A DNA stretch of 64,000 nucleotides from an uncultured Actinomycetes bacterium (GCA_963825805.1 CAWGVE010000044.1:29131-93130); one strand, 5' to 3'; shown: positions 26,389 through 35,743, counted from the first letter of the stretch. Program-made: numbers and translations. Notes: generated by a model from the letters alone, not told the origin.

Positions 26389-27665
26389 GCAGCGATCACC
26401 GGCGCGATGAACGGCCGGCCGAGCACCTCCGGCGAGGCTACGAGCTCGCCGAGCGCGGCTTCCACCGAGCCGATCCTCGCATCGTGGAGCACGAGATCGA
26501 GTGCGGCCCGACCGGGCTCGAGGCGCTGGACGAGCTGCGCGATCGAGACCTCGTGCCGGGCGAAGGTCGTCGCGGCGTGCCCGAGCACGCCGGGCATGTC
26601 GGCGACGTCGAGGTGCACGTAGAAGGGAGCCCTCCAATCGGCGGGGTCGAGCATCGGCAGCTCGCGCCAGCAGGCGTCGTTCTGGAGAAAGCCGGTGCCG
26701 GAGGTGCCGACGACGCTGACGAGGTCCGCGACTACTGCAGACGCCGTCTCCACTCCGCCGGCGCCGGGACCGCCGAGCGTGACCTCGCGGATTGCGTCCC
26801 CCTGCAGCACGACTGCGTTCGAGCTTCCCTCGACACCCGCCAGCGGGTGCGCCCGCTCGACGAGCGCCGGCTGCACGCGGACGTCGACGGCGTCGTCGGC
26901 CAGCGTGGCGATCCCGATCAGCTTCAGCGCCATGCCGAATGCAGCGGCCGCGGCGACATGCGCCGGCTCGATCGCTTCGATCCCGCTGCACGCCACGTCG
27001 TCGAGTGCGACGCGCGAGCCGAAGGCGACCGTCGCGAGGATCGCCATCTTCGCCGCTGCGTCTGCGCCGCTGACGTCGTCGGTGGGGTCGGCTTCGGCGA
27101 AGCCGAGGGACTGCGCCTCGGCAAGCGCCTCGGCATACGTCCCGCCTCGCTCCATCCGCGAGAGGACGAAGTTCGTCGTCCCGTTGACGATGCCGAGAAT
27201 GCGGTGCACGTTCTCCGCGACGAGCGACTCGCGCAGCACCTTTACGACGGGTACGGCCGCGCAGACCGACGCCTCGAAGCGCAGCTGCACGCCCGCCTCG
27301 GACGCGATGGCGAAGAGATCCGCGCCCTCGCGCGCCACGAGCTGCTTGTTCGCGGAGACGACCGGCTTGCCCGCGCGCAGAAGCTCTCGAACGTAGCCAC
27401 CGGCCGGGTCGATCCCGCCCATCAGCTCGGCGACGACGTCGACGCGAGGGTCGTCACGGAGCGCCGCGAAATCGTCGGTGAGCACCCCCTCGTCCGGCGC
27501 GAAGCCGCGCTCCTTCGCAGGATCCCGAACGAGTGCGCGCACGACCGTCAGCCTGTGTCCGGTCGAGCGCTCGATCTCGTCGGCGCTCTCGGTGAGCATC
27601 CGAGAGACGGCCGAGCCGACCGTGCCGTAGCCGAGGAGGCCTACGCCGACGTCAACGGACGCCAT
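26385..27665 (-). CDS. hom: homoserine dehydrogenase with a C-terminal ACT domain
   Basis: [13 protein letters not shown] is the NAD-binding motif. The NAD_binding_3 plus homoserine dehydrogenase core includes GIVNGTTNFVL and AEADPTDDVSG. An ACT-like tail follows. ATG 27665 overlaps the asd 3' end by 25 nt. Confidence 0.9.
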   Translation of the reverse strand: MASVDVGVGLLGYGTVGSAVSRMLTESADEIERSTGHRLTVVRALVRDPAKERGFAPDEGVLTDDFAALRDDPRVDVVAELMGGIDPAGGYVRELLRAGKPVVSANKQLVAREGADLFAIASEAGVQLRFEASVCAAVPVVKVLRESLVAENVHRILGIVNGTTNFVLSRMERGGTYAEALAEAQSLGFAEADPTDDVSGADAAAKMAILATVAFGSRVALDDVACSGIEAIEPAHVAAAAAFGMALKLIGIATLADDAVDVRVQPALVERAHPLAGVEGSSNAVVLQGDAIREVTLGGPGAGGVETASAVVADLVSVVGTSGTGFLQNDACWRELPMLDPADWRAPFYVHLDVADMPGVLGHAATTFARHEVSIAQLVQRLEPGRAALDLVLHDARIGSVEAALGELVASPEVLGRPFIAPVIAA

Positions 27666-28588
27666 GCCGTGTCGAGCACCCTCTCCGCGATCTGAACGGC
27701 GTTCAGCGCGGCGCCCTTGTTCAGGTTGTCGCAGGCGAGGAACAGGACGAGCCCGTTCTCGCCGGCGCGATCGCGCCGCACCCGGCCGACGAGCACGTCG
27801 TCCGTCCGGGCGGCTGCGGCCGGCGTAGGAGCGTCGACCAGCCGCACCGACGGAGCCTCCCCGAGCAGCCGCTCGGCCTCGTCCGGCGCGAGCCCGTCCT
27901 CGAGCTCGATCCAGACAGCCTCCGCGTGGCCGACGAGCACCGGCACGCGGACCGTGGTGGCGCTGATCGGCAGCTCGGGCAGCTCGAGCACCTTCTGGGT
28001 CTCCGCGCGAATCTTCGACTCCTCGTCCGTCTCGTCGTCCTCCCACTCCCAGTCGAAGCCGACGTCGTGCTCTTCGACGGGCTCCTGTCTCAGCCGCTCG
28101 GCGCGCGCCGCCCCCTTGCCCGAGGCGGCCTGGTAGGTCGAGACACGCACGCTGCGCAGCCCGGCGGCATCGTGCAGCGGCTTGAGCACGCAGGCGAGCG
28201 GGATCGTGCAGCAGTTCGGATTCGCGAGGATCGACTCGTGCTCGGCGACCCGGTCGCCGTTCACCTCGGGCACGACGAGCGGGATTCCCGGCTCGAGCCG
28301 GTAGGCCGACGACTTGTCGATCGCGACGGCTCCGCCGCGGACTGCGTGGGGCACGAGCTCGCGCGAGGCCGCCGTCCCGACGGAGAACAGCGCGACATCG
28401 ATGCCACCCGCTGCCAGCGCCTCGGGCGTCGCCTCTTCGACGAGCGTTCCGTCGGCGAGCGTGGACCCGGCCGAGCGCGCGGATGCGAAGGCGCGCACGT
28501 TCTCGAAGCCGCGCTCGCGCAGGATCCGTACCGCCACGGTGCCGACGGCGCCGGTCGCCCCCACCACCGCGACGCGCGCCTCACGCAT
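27641..28588 (-). CDS. asd: aspartate-semialdehyde dehydrogenase
   Basis: [19 protein letters not shown] (active-site Cys), [15 protein letters not shown]. Confidence 0.9.
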   Translation of the reverse strand: MREARVAVVGATGAVGTVAVRILRERGFENVRAFASARSAGSTLADGTLVEEATPEALAAGGIDVALFSVGTAASRELVPHAVRGGAVAIDKSSAYRLEPGIPLVVPEVNGDRVAEHESILANPNCCTIPLACVLKPLHDAAGLRSVRVSTYQAASGKGAARAERLRQEPVEEHDVGFDWEWEDDETDEESKIRAETQKVLELPELPISATTVRVPVLVGHAEAVWIELEDGLAPDEAERLLGEAPSVRLVDAPTPAAAARTDDVLVGRVRRDRAGENGLVLFLACDNLNKGAALNAVQIAERVLDTAWRPLTSA

Positions 28589-29877
28589 CGACGCGCTCCT
28601 CGGCGAAGATCCGGAACTTGTCGTGGACGGCCTGCACGGCCCGCTCGACGTCTCCTGCGCGCACGACGCAGGAGACGCGGATCGACGAAGTCGAGATGAT
28701 CTCGATGTTGATTCCCGCCTCCGCGAGAGCCTCGAACATGTCGGCCGCGACGCCCGGATGGCTCTTCATTCCGGCTCCGACGAGCGAGACCTTCGCGACG
28801 TCGTCGTCGAGGTCGATCGACGATGCGCCGATCTCGGTAGCGAGCTCGTCGAGGATCGGCCCGGCGGTCGGGAGGTCGCTCTTGGGCAGCGTGAAGGAGA
28901 TGTCGGTCGTGCCCTCGGCGGAGACGTTCTGCACGATCATGTCGATGTTCACGCCCGAGTCTGCGAGCGCGCGAAAGACGCGCGCTGCGACGCCGGGGGT
29001 GTCGGGCACCGCGACGATCGTCGCCTTCGCTTCGGAGACGTCGTGGGTGACGCCGGACACGATCGCCCTCTCCAGCATCAGCTCTCCTTCCTCCACGATC
29101 CACGTGCCCTCGCTGTCGCTGAACGAAGGGCGCACGTGGAGCGGCACACCGTACCTGCGTGCGATTTCGACCGACCGCGCCATCATCACACGGGCGCCGG
29201 TTGCCGCCATCTCGAGCATCTCTTCGTAGCTGACCGTCCGGAGCTTCAAGGCGTCGGGGACGATTCGCGGGTCTGCGGTGAAGACGCCTTCGACGTCGGT
29301 GAAGATCTCGCAGGCGGCGCCGAGCGCGGCCGCGAGCGCCACTGCCGTCAGATCCGAGCCGCCGCGGCCGAGGGTCGTGACGTCGTGGGAGTCGGCCGAG
29401 ACGCCCTGGAAGCCGGCCACCAGCACGATCTTCCCCGCGTCGAGCGCGTCGTTGATCCGCGTCGCCCGCACCTCCGCGATCTTCGCCTTGCCGTGGACGG
29501 TGTCGGTGACGATGCCCGCCTGCGAGCCGGTGAGGGAGATCGCCTCGTGCCCGAGGTCGTGGACGGCCATCGCGCAGAGCGCGTTCGAGATCCGCTCGCC
29601 GACCGAGATGAGCATGTCGTACTCGCGCGGGTGCGGGCGTGGCGAGATCTCGTGCGCGAGCCGGATCAGCTCGTCGGTCGTGTCGCCCATCGCCGAGAGG
29701 ACGCCGACGACGCGCTGGCCCTCGTCGCGCGCGCGCACGAGGCGGCGCGCCACCTCCTTGATCTTCTCGGGTGTCGGCGACGGAGGAGCCGCCGAACTTC
29801 ATCACCACGAGGTTGTCGCCCGACGCAGCGGCGTCCGCCGCGACCTCGGGAACCGGCTCGTGCTGTGCCGTCGCCAT
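28581..29877 (-). CDS. lysC: aspartate kinase with ACT domains, split by an apparent frameshift near 29770-29777
   Basis: The N-terminus ([12 protein letters not shown]) reads in the frame starting at ATG 29877, which overlaps the recR stop. The remainder ([11 protein letters not shown]...[10 protein letters not shown]...TLGRGGSD...) is in ORF 28581..29753. Confidence 0.85.
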
Positions 29878-30467
29878 CACATTTCCCTGCGTCCGGTGAG
29901 CGCGCGGCCCAGCGTGACCTCGTCGGCGTACTCGAGGTCGCCGCCGACCGGCAGCCCGCTCGCGAGACGCGTCACCCGGACGCTGTCGCGCAGCTTGCCC
30001 GCGAGGTAGGAGGCCGTCGCCTCGCCCGTCGCGTTCGGGTTGGTGGCGAGGACGACCTCGACCACGCCGTCGCTCTGGACGCGGTGCATGAGCTCGTCGA
30101 TCCGCAGGTGCTCGGGCTCGACCCCGTCGAGCGGCGAGAGCGCGCCGCCGAGGACGTGATAGAGGCCGCGGTACTCCGCCGTCCGCTCGAGCGAGAGGAG
30201 GTCGACCGGCTGCTCGACGACGCAGATCGTCGTCCGGTCGCGCCGCGCGTCGAGGCAGATTGAGCACAGCTCCTCCTCGGTGAGGTTGCCGCAGTCGCGG
30301 CAGAAGCGCACGCGCTCCTTCACCTCCTCGATCGCTCCGGCGAGCGCGAGCGCCTCCTCCTTCTGGGTCTGGAGCAGGTGGAACGCGAGTCGCTGCGCCG
30401 TGCGGCTGCCGATCCCGGGCAGGCGCGTCAGCTGCGCGACGAGGTTCTCCACGGAGGGGCTGAGCAT
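29877..30467 (-). CDS. recR: recombination protein RecR
   Basis: LPGIGSRTAQRLAFHLL is the HhH motif. CRDCGNLTEEELCSIC is the zinc finger. Toprim region: ICVVEQPVDL... Confidence 0.9.
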   Translation of the reverse strand: MLSPSVENLVAQLTRLPGIGSRTAQRLAFHLLQTQKEEALALAGAIEEVKERVRFCRDCGNLTEEELCSICLDARRDRTTICVVEQPVDLLSLERTAEYRGLYHVLGGALSPLDGVEPEHLRIDELMHRVQSDGVVEVVLATNPNATGEATASYLAGKLRDSVRVTRLASGLPVGGDLEYADEVTLGRALTGRREM

Positions 30468-30540
30468 TGGCCGGAGGGTACTCGTCCACCCCGGACGTGC
30501 CTTTGCACAGGCGTAACAGCAGGTGTCACTTGGACCGCCG

Positions 30541-30672
30541 CTAGCGCGGCGAGAAGTCGAACGCCCAGCCCCAGATCACGACGCCGATCAGGGCGAGGAC
30601 GATGAGGGCCCAGAGCCAGTTCGAGAAGAGGTACCGGCTGCGGACGGCGCGCTTCGGTGGAGGCGTGCTCAC
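30541..30672 (-). CDS. candidate 43-aa single-TM membrane protein between ybaB and recR (not in the ORF track, <60 aa)
   Basis: GTG 30672 overlaps the ybaB TGA (GTGA). The product is VSTPPPKRAVRSRYLFSNWLWALIVLALIGVVIWGWAFDFSPR*. Nearly every third codon position is G/C. Confidence 0.35.
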   Translation of the reverse strand: MSTPPPKRAVRSRYLFSNWLWALIVLALIGVVIWGWAFDFSPR

Positions 30673-31004
30673 TCTCCGAGCCCGGGGAGCCCAAGCCCCC
30701 CGAGGCCCATGTCGCCCAGCATCTGCTGAGCCTTGGCCTCGACCCCTGCCTGCGCCGAGCGGAGCGCCTCGTTCACGCCGGCGAGGATGAGGTCGGCGAG
30801 TGCCTCTGGGTCGCTCGGGTCGATCGCGTCGGGCGAGATCTCGATCGCGATCACCTGCCCGGCGCCGTTCGCCGTCACCTTGACGAGGCCGCCGCCGACG
30901 GAGGACTGCGCGGTTTCCTTCTCCGCCTCCTCCTGCATGCGCGCGACCTGCTCCTGCATCTCGGCGGCCTGCTGCATGAGCTTGTCCATGTCGAATCCAG
31001 ACAT
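30669..31004 (-). CDS. ybaB: YbaB/EbfC-family nucleoid-associated protein
   Basis: 111 aa. KLMQQAAEMQEQ...GGGLVKVTANGAGQVIAIEI...LILAGVNEAL. Classic dnaX-ybaB-recR synteny. Confidence 0.9.
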   Translation of the reverse strand: MSGFDMDKLMQQAAEMQEQVARMQEEAEKETAQSSVGGGLVKVTANGAGQVIAIEISPDAIDPSDPEALADLILAGVNEALRSAQAGVEAKAQQMLGDMGLGGLGLPGLGE

Positions 31005-31008
31005 GGCC

Positions 31009-32666
31009 CTAGTCTTCCCGCTCGCGCGCGTCGAATGTCTCCTTCAGGAGCTCGAGAATCTTCTCCTCGCCCGCCGGCTCCTCTGCGGCCGGCGCCTCGC
31101 GGGCTTCGCCGAGCTCGAAGGCGAGCTCGAGGTGACGGCCGGTCACGTCGTAGAGCGCCTCGGCGAGCGGGCCTGCGTTCTTGGGGTCGCGGGCGAGGTC
31201 GAGGTGGAACTGAGCGCTCGGCGGGAACTCGAGGGTGAGCGTGTCGCCGCTCAGCTCCGCTGGATGCGCCTCGCGGAGCAGCGAAGCCGTCGGAATACCG
31301 CCGCGCTCCTCGACCGCCGGGAGGATGGTGCGCACCCAGGCCTCCTGGAGCTGCGACAGCTCGAGGGCCCCGGGCACCGGCACCGGTACCGGCACCGGTA
31401 CCGGCACGGGCTCAGCCTCGGCCTCGGCCTCGGCACCCGGCTCGGGCTCCGCACCCGGCTCGGGCTCAGCGCCCGGCTCTTTAGCTTGTAACACTGTGTT
31501 ACTTGCCGGGGGTGGCGGGCGTGGGGAGGATCGCCCTGCTCCAGTCGCTCGAGGCGGAAGGCGATCGACTCGCGGGAGAGGTCGCTCGCGGGCCGGGTGA
31601 CCTTGACGATTGCGAGCTCGAGCGGCAGGCGCGGATCGCCGCCCTGGCGCATGTCGTCGACCGCGACCGCGAGCAGGTCGATCAGGCGCAGCACCGTCGC
31701 CTCGCCGAGCTGGCCCGCCTGCGCGCGCATCCGCTCTCGCGCCTCCTCGCTCGTCGCGACCGTTTCGGGCACGTCGCCGAGGTGCGTCGCGAGCATCAGC
31801 TGCCGGAGGTGCTCGATCAGGTCGAGCACCAGCCGGCCGAGATCGTGCCCACGCTCGGACAGCTCCTCGACGTAGGTGAGCGCGCCGGCCGTGTCGCGGT
31901 CGATCACGAGATCGCAGAGGCGGAAGAGCGCCTCCTCCTCGACCGTCCCGAGCAGCTCGAGCACGGCCGGCACAGTGACCTGGTTCCCGGTGGCGGAGGC
32001 GAGCTGGTCGAGCGTCGACTCGGCGTCGCGGTAGGCGCCGCGGGCGCCGCGGGCGACGAGCGCGAGCGCCTGGTCGGGAACCTCCATGCCCTCGGCGTCG
32101 GCGATCAGGCGCAGCTTGCGCACCAGATCCTGCAGCCGCGGCCGCTGGAAGACGAACGTCTGGCAGCGCGAGCGGACGGTCGGCAGCACCTTCGAGAGGT
32201 CGGTCGTGCAGAAGATGAAGACGAGGTGCGGCGGCGGCTCCTCGATCAGCTTCAGGAGCGCGTTCCAGGCGGCGTCCGTGAGCTGGTGCGCCTCGTCGAG
32301 GATGTAGACCTTGTAGCGGCCCTCGACCGGCTGGAGCACGACGCGGTCGCGGATCTCGCGGATGTCGTCGATGCCGCGCTGCGAGGCGGCGTCCATCTCG
32401 ATCACGTCGAGGGACGTGCCGGCGGCGATCGAGCGGCAGGCGTGGCAGGTGCCGTCGGGCGTCGTCGTCGGGCCCTGCGCGCAGTTGAGGCACTTGGCGA
32501 GGATGCGCGCCATCGAGGTCTTGCCGGTGCCGCGCGGCCCGGCGAAGAGGTAGGCCTGGCGCACCGTGTCCGCCCCGATCGCGTTGCTCAGGGTCCGGAC
32601 GACCGCCTCCTGGCCGACGACCTCCTCGAAGGTCTGCGGGCGGTACTTCCGGTAAAGCGCAGCCAC
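31009..32666 (-). CDS. dnaX: DNA polymerase III subunit gamma/tau; the reading frame breaks (-1) near 31495-31515 at a C5 run
   Basis: Start GTG 32666 (VAALYRKYRPQTFEEVVGQ). GPRGTGKTS is Walker A and YILDEAHQL is Walker B. CHACRSI is the zinc module. Domains I-III lie in ORF 31251..32720. The linker and tau C-terminus (PGAEPEPG...PVPVPV...ELSQLQEAWVRTILP...) lie in ORF 31009..32493. Confidence 0.85.
31373..31478. repeat. composite short tandem repeats inside the dnaX linker: (GGYACC)x~6, (GCCTCG)x3, and an ~18-nt unit x~2.5
   Basis: Read directly. The repeats encode (PV)n, (EA)n and (PEPGAE)n on the minus strand. Confidence 0.8.
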
Positions 32667-32702
32667 GGAGCGATTCAAGCAGAACGGCGTGCGGGGCAAA
32701 AT

Positions 32703-32805
32703 GGGCCAGACCGTACGCACACGTGGAAGGAACTACTTAGCGCTGCTTCCTCCCGGATCTGACGCGGTTCGCAGGCTCCCACTGCACGGGGCCTGGCCCG
32801 GGGCG
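32703..32805 (-). ncRNA. ffs: signal recognition particle RNA (small/4.5S type)
   Basis: The minus strand reads ...GGGCCAGGCC...GUCAGAUCCGGGAGGAAGCAGCG...GGUCUGGCCC. The conserved domain IV motif (CAGxUCCGGxAGGAAGCAGC) is present, and the terminal 10-bp helix pairs (GGGCCAGGCC/GGUCUGGCCC). The location directly upstream of dnaX is the classic position. Ends are approximate. Confidence 0.75.
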
Positions 32806-32824
32806 AGTGTAGCCTCCGGCGTCG

Positions 32825-33479
32825 ATGCCCGACGATGCGCGCCGCGCCCTCCTGACGAGGTTCTTCGACCACGCGCCGATGTTCCCGCCGGCCAGCCTGC
32901 CGCCGGCCGAGGCGCTCGCCGAGGACCGCCGCGCGCGGGGGAGCGAGCACGCGTGGATGCTCGGCAGGCTCGTCTGGCCGGCGGGCAAGCTCGACGAGCT
33001 GCCGCAGGAGGAGGGGCGTGCGCTCGCCGTCGTCGATGCCGGCAGAGGAGGTCCAGGGCGACGCGGTGTACCTCGAGGGCGCATCGCTGGACGAGGTCGC
33101 CGCGCAGGGCCTGCGCGCGAAGATCCGCTGCGGCGGCGAGCGCGTGCCGACGGTGGAGGAGCTCGCCGGCTTCGTCCGCGGCTGCCGCTCGCGCGGCCTG
33201 GTCTTCAAGGCTACGGCCGGCCTCCACCATGCGTACGCGACGGACGCCGGCGAGCACGGCTTCCTCAACCTCCTCGCGGCGGCCGTCTTCGGCGACGAGG
33301 AGGAGGCCTTGCGGGAGCGACCGGCTGCCTTCGCGCTCGACGCCGACTCGTTCCGGTGGCGCGACCGGGAGGCGCTGCCCGCGAGGCTGGCCGACGTCCG
33401 CGGCTCGCTCTTCCACTCGATCGGCACCTGCTCGTTCTTCGAGCCGGTCGAGGAGCTCGCAGGATTGGGAGTCGTGTGA
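32825..33479 (+). CDS. conserved hypothetical protein, split by an apparent frameshift near 33030-33045
   Basis: The N-terminal 70 aa lie in the frame of ORF 32825. The remainder (PAEEVQGDAVYLEG...IRCGGERVPTVEEL...FKATAGLHHAY...) lies in ORF 33018..33479. The stop overlaps the fumarylacetoacetase GTG (GTGTGA). Confidence 0.5.
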
Positions 33480-34519
33480 GCTTCGCGGCCGGCCGGAAGG
33501 GGCTGCTCTGGCGGGACGGGGAGGAGGCCGTCGATCTCTCGGATCTCGGCGACGTCTTCGCGCGGCCGACGCTGAACGAGCTGCTCGCGGCGGGACCTGC
33601 GGCGTGGGAGGAGGCGATCGCCGCCGCCCGCTCGCACGACGGGCCGCGCGTCCCGGCGAGCGAGGCCGGACTGCGGCTCCCCTTCGAGATTGCGGACTAC
33701 GTCGACTTCTACTCCTCGCTCGAGCACGCGACGAACCTCGGCCGCATGTTCCGGCCGGACCAGGAGCCGCTCCTGCCCAACTGGCGCTGGCTGCCCGTCG
33801 CGTACCACGGCCGCGCCGGCAGCGTCGTCGTCAGCGGCACCGACGTCGTCCGCCCACAGGGCCAGCGGAAGGCGCCGGACGAGGACGCGCCGACGTTCGG
33901 CCCGACCCGGCGGCTCGACTTCGAGCTCGAGCTCGGCTTCGTCGTCGGCGTCCCCACGGAGCTCGGCGAGCCCGTGCGGGTGGACGCTTTCGCGGATCAC
34001 GTCTTCGGCGTCGTCCTCGTCAACGACTGGAGCGCGCGCGACATCCAGGCGTGGGAGTACGTGCCGCTCGGCCCGAACCTCGGCAAGTCGTTCCAGACCT
34101 CGATCTCGGCCTGGGTGACGCCGCTCGCGCTGCTCGAGGAGGCGCGCGTCGAGGCCCCGCCGCAGGATCCGTCGCCGCTGCCGCATCTCGCCGGCGGGCG
34201 CGACTGGGGGCTCGACGTCGCGCTCGAGGTGGAGCTGAACGGCGAGCCGCTCTCGAGCGGGAACGCGAGGACGCTCTACTGGACGCTGCCGCAGCAATTC
34301 GCGCACGCGACCTCCAACGGCGCCTCGCTGCGCACCGGCGACCTGATGGCGTCGGGGACGATCTCCGGCGCGGATCCGGGCTCAGAGGGCTCGATGATCG
34401 AGCTCTTCCGCGGCCAGCGGTTCCTCGAGGACGGGGACGAGGTCGTCCTCCGCGGCCGGGCCGCGAACGGGACCGAGCTCGGCGAGGTGCGCGGGCGGGT
34501 GCTGCCGGCGCGCGTCTAG
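33476..34519 (+). CDS. fumarylacetoacetase (FAH family)
   Basis: DYVDFYSSLEHATNLG, RLDFELELGFVVG, VLVNDWSARDIQAWEYVPLGPNLGKSF, GDLMASGTISG. Confidence 0.85.
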   Translation: MSFAAGRKGLLWRDGEEAVDLSDLGDVFARPTLNELLAAGPAAWEEAIAAARSHDGPRVPASEAGLRLPFEIADYVDFYSSLEHATNLGRMFRPDQEPLLPNWRWLPVAYHGRAGSVVVSGTDVVRPQGQRKAPDEDAPTFGPTRRLDFELELGFVVGVPTELGEPVRVDAFADHVFGVVLVNDWSARDIQAWEYVPLGPNLGKSFQTSISAWVTPLALLEEARVEAPPQDPSPLPHLAGGRDWGLDVALEVELNGEPLSSGNARTLYWTLPQQFAHATSNGASLRTGDLMASGTISGADPGSEGSMIELFRGQRFLEDGDEVVLRGRAANGTELGEVRGRVLPARV

Positions 34520-35200
34520 CCAGGCGCGCGGCCGAAGAGCCGCCGGTAGAGCGTCTCCCAGTTCGTCGCGAAGCCCCGCCGGGCGGCCGCCAGCGAGAGC
34601 CTTCCCTCGCTGACCCAGGCCTTCGCGCGGTTCTCGAGGGCGTCCTTGACGTGGTAACTCGCCCGGCCGCTCCCGGGCTCGGGGAAGAGATTCCCGATCG
34701 CGTTCGCCCCGCCGAGCTCGAGCGGCACGATGTGGTCGATCTCGATCGAGTAGCCGTAGTACGCAGCGGCCATCCCGTACTCGCGCTCGACCGCGAACTT
34801 CTCGGTCTGGGGGACGTCGCGGATGGCTCCCGTGTGGAAGCCCGCCGAGCAGGATCACGCCCCTGGTCAGGCGCGGGTAGTAGCCGCCGGGCGAGCAGCG
34901 CCGGTCGGGGACGGCCGAGCGTACGCAGCCGCTCGACTTCGTGCGCGACCGGAACGACAGAGCCGGGCCGGTCGTGCCCTTCGTCCTCGTCCCGCTCTTG
35001 CGGCCGACGAGCCAGCGGGCGACGCCGCCGTGATGCGAGCAGGTGCCGGAGCGATGGCGCGAGAAGCTGTAGGTGCCGTCGCGGCACCTCGCGGTCGCGC
35101 CGGGTGGCGGAGCTGCGCTCGCCGCCGTGACCGCGAACGCACCGGCCAGGAGCAGGATCAGGAAGAATCGCCTCGCGATACCTTCGTTCTAACCGGACAT
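34516..35200 (-). pseudogene. secreted DUF3761-like + HNH-type nuclease-motif protein carrying a frameshift (~34850) and an in-frame TAG (35189-35191) after the only ATG
   Basis: The sequence reads ATG(35200) TCC GGT TAG. It then gives a signal-like IARRFFLILLLAGAFAVTAASA, CRDGTYSFSRHRSGTCSHHGGVARW (DUF3761-like, from memory) and RCSPGGYYPRLT. After the frame break it reads CSAGFHTGAIRDVPQ...DHIVPLELGGANAIGNLFPEP...KDALEN. Confidence 0.55.
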
Positions 35201-35207
35201 GTCCGGT
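35192..35207. promoter_or_regulatory. perfect 16-bp palindrome ACCGGACATGTCCGGT in a divergent intergenic region; candidate operator
   Basis: Read directly. It lies 28-43 nt upstream of the ABM-gene ATG (35235) and covers the ATG of the divergent disrupted nuclease-like gene. Confidence 0.4.
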
Positions 35208-35234
35208 GCGTCAATTACACACAGGAGGTCGGTC

Positions 35235-35531
35235 ATGGCGGTCCAGCTTGGGATTCTTGCTCTCCTCGAGGCAAAGCCGGGAAAAGGCGACGATCTGGCC
35301 GACTTCCTGCGCAGCGGCCGCGAGATCGCCGCAAGCGAGGAAGGCACGGTCACGTGGTACGCGTTCAAGGTCGGGGACACGACATACGGGATCTTCGACA
35401 CCTTCGAGTCGGAGGAGGCCCGTCAGGCTCATCTGAACGGCGAGATCCCGAAGGCGCTCGGTCAGGTCGCGCCCGACCTGCTCGCCTCCGACCCCGATAT
35501 CCGAACGGTCGAGATCCTGGCCGTGAAATAG
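35235..35531 (+). CDS. antibiotic biosynthesis monooxygenase (ABM)-domain protein
   Basis: AGGAGG at 35223-35228 lies 6 nt before ATG 35235. 98-aa ferredoxin-like product (ILALLEAKPGKGDDLADFL...WYAFKVGDTTYGIFDTFESEEARQAHL). Confidence 0.7.
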   Translation: MAVQLGILALLEAKPGKGDDLADFLRSGREIAASEEGTVTWYAFKVGDTTYGIFDTFESEEARQAHLNGEIPKALGQVAPDLLASDPDIRTVEILAVK

Positions 35532-35671
35532 CTCTCGATAAGCGGCCGTCGAGCCGACGAGCCGGGCGGACCGAGAGTCCGCCGAGGCAGCCGCGAATCT
35601 GATGGCGAAGATCGAGATGGGCGTCTTCGGACACCCCTAGCTGCCCGTTTCGAGCGAGTTTCCTGAGTGAG

Positions 35672-35743
35672 TGGGCGCGGCTGGGATCGAACCAGCGACC
35701 CCTCGCGTGTGAAGCGAGTGCTCTCCCGCTGAGCTACGCGCCC
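35672..35743 (-). tRNA. tRNA-Val (anticodon CAC)
   Basis: Minus strand: GGGCGCGTAGCTCAGCGGGAGAGCACTCGCTTCACACGCGAGGGGTCGCTGGTTCGATCCCAGCCGCGCCCA. It folds as a cloverleaf with anticodon loop TTCACAC. CCA is not encoded. Confidence 0.9.

Noticed and set aside
31373-31478. Short tandem DNA repeats considered as a CRISPR-like or VNTR locus
   Set aside because: The units are 6-18 nt without spacers and lie inside the dnaX linker, where they encode PV/EA/PEPGAE low-complexity peptide. This is not a CRISPR array.
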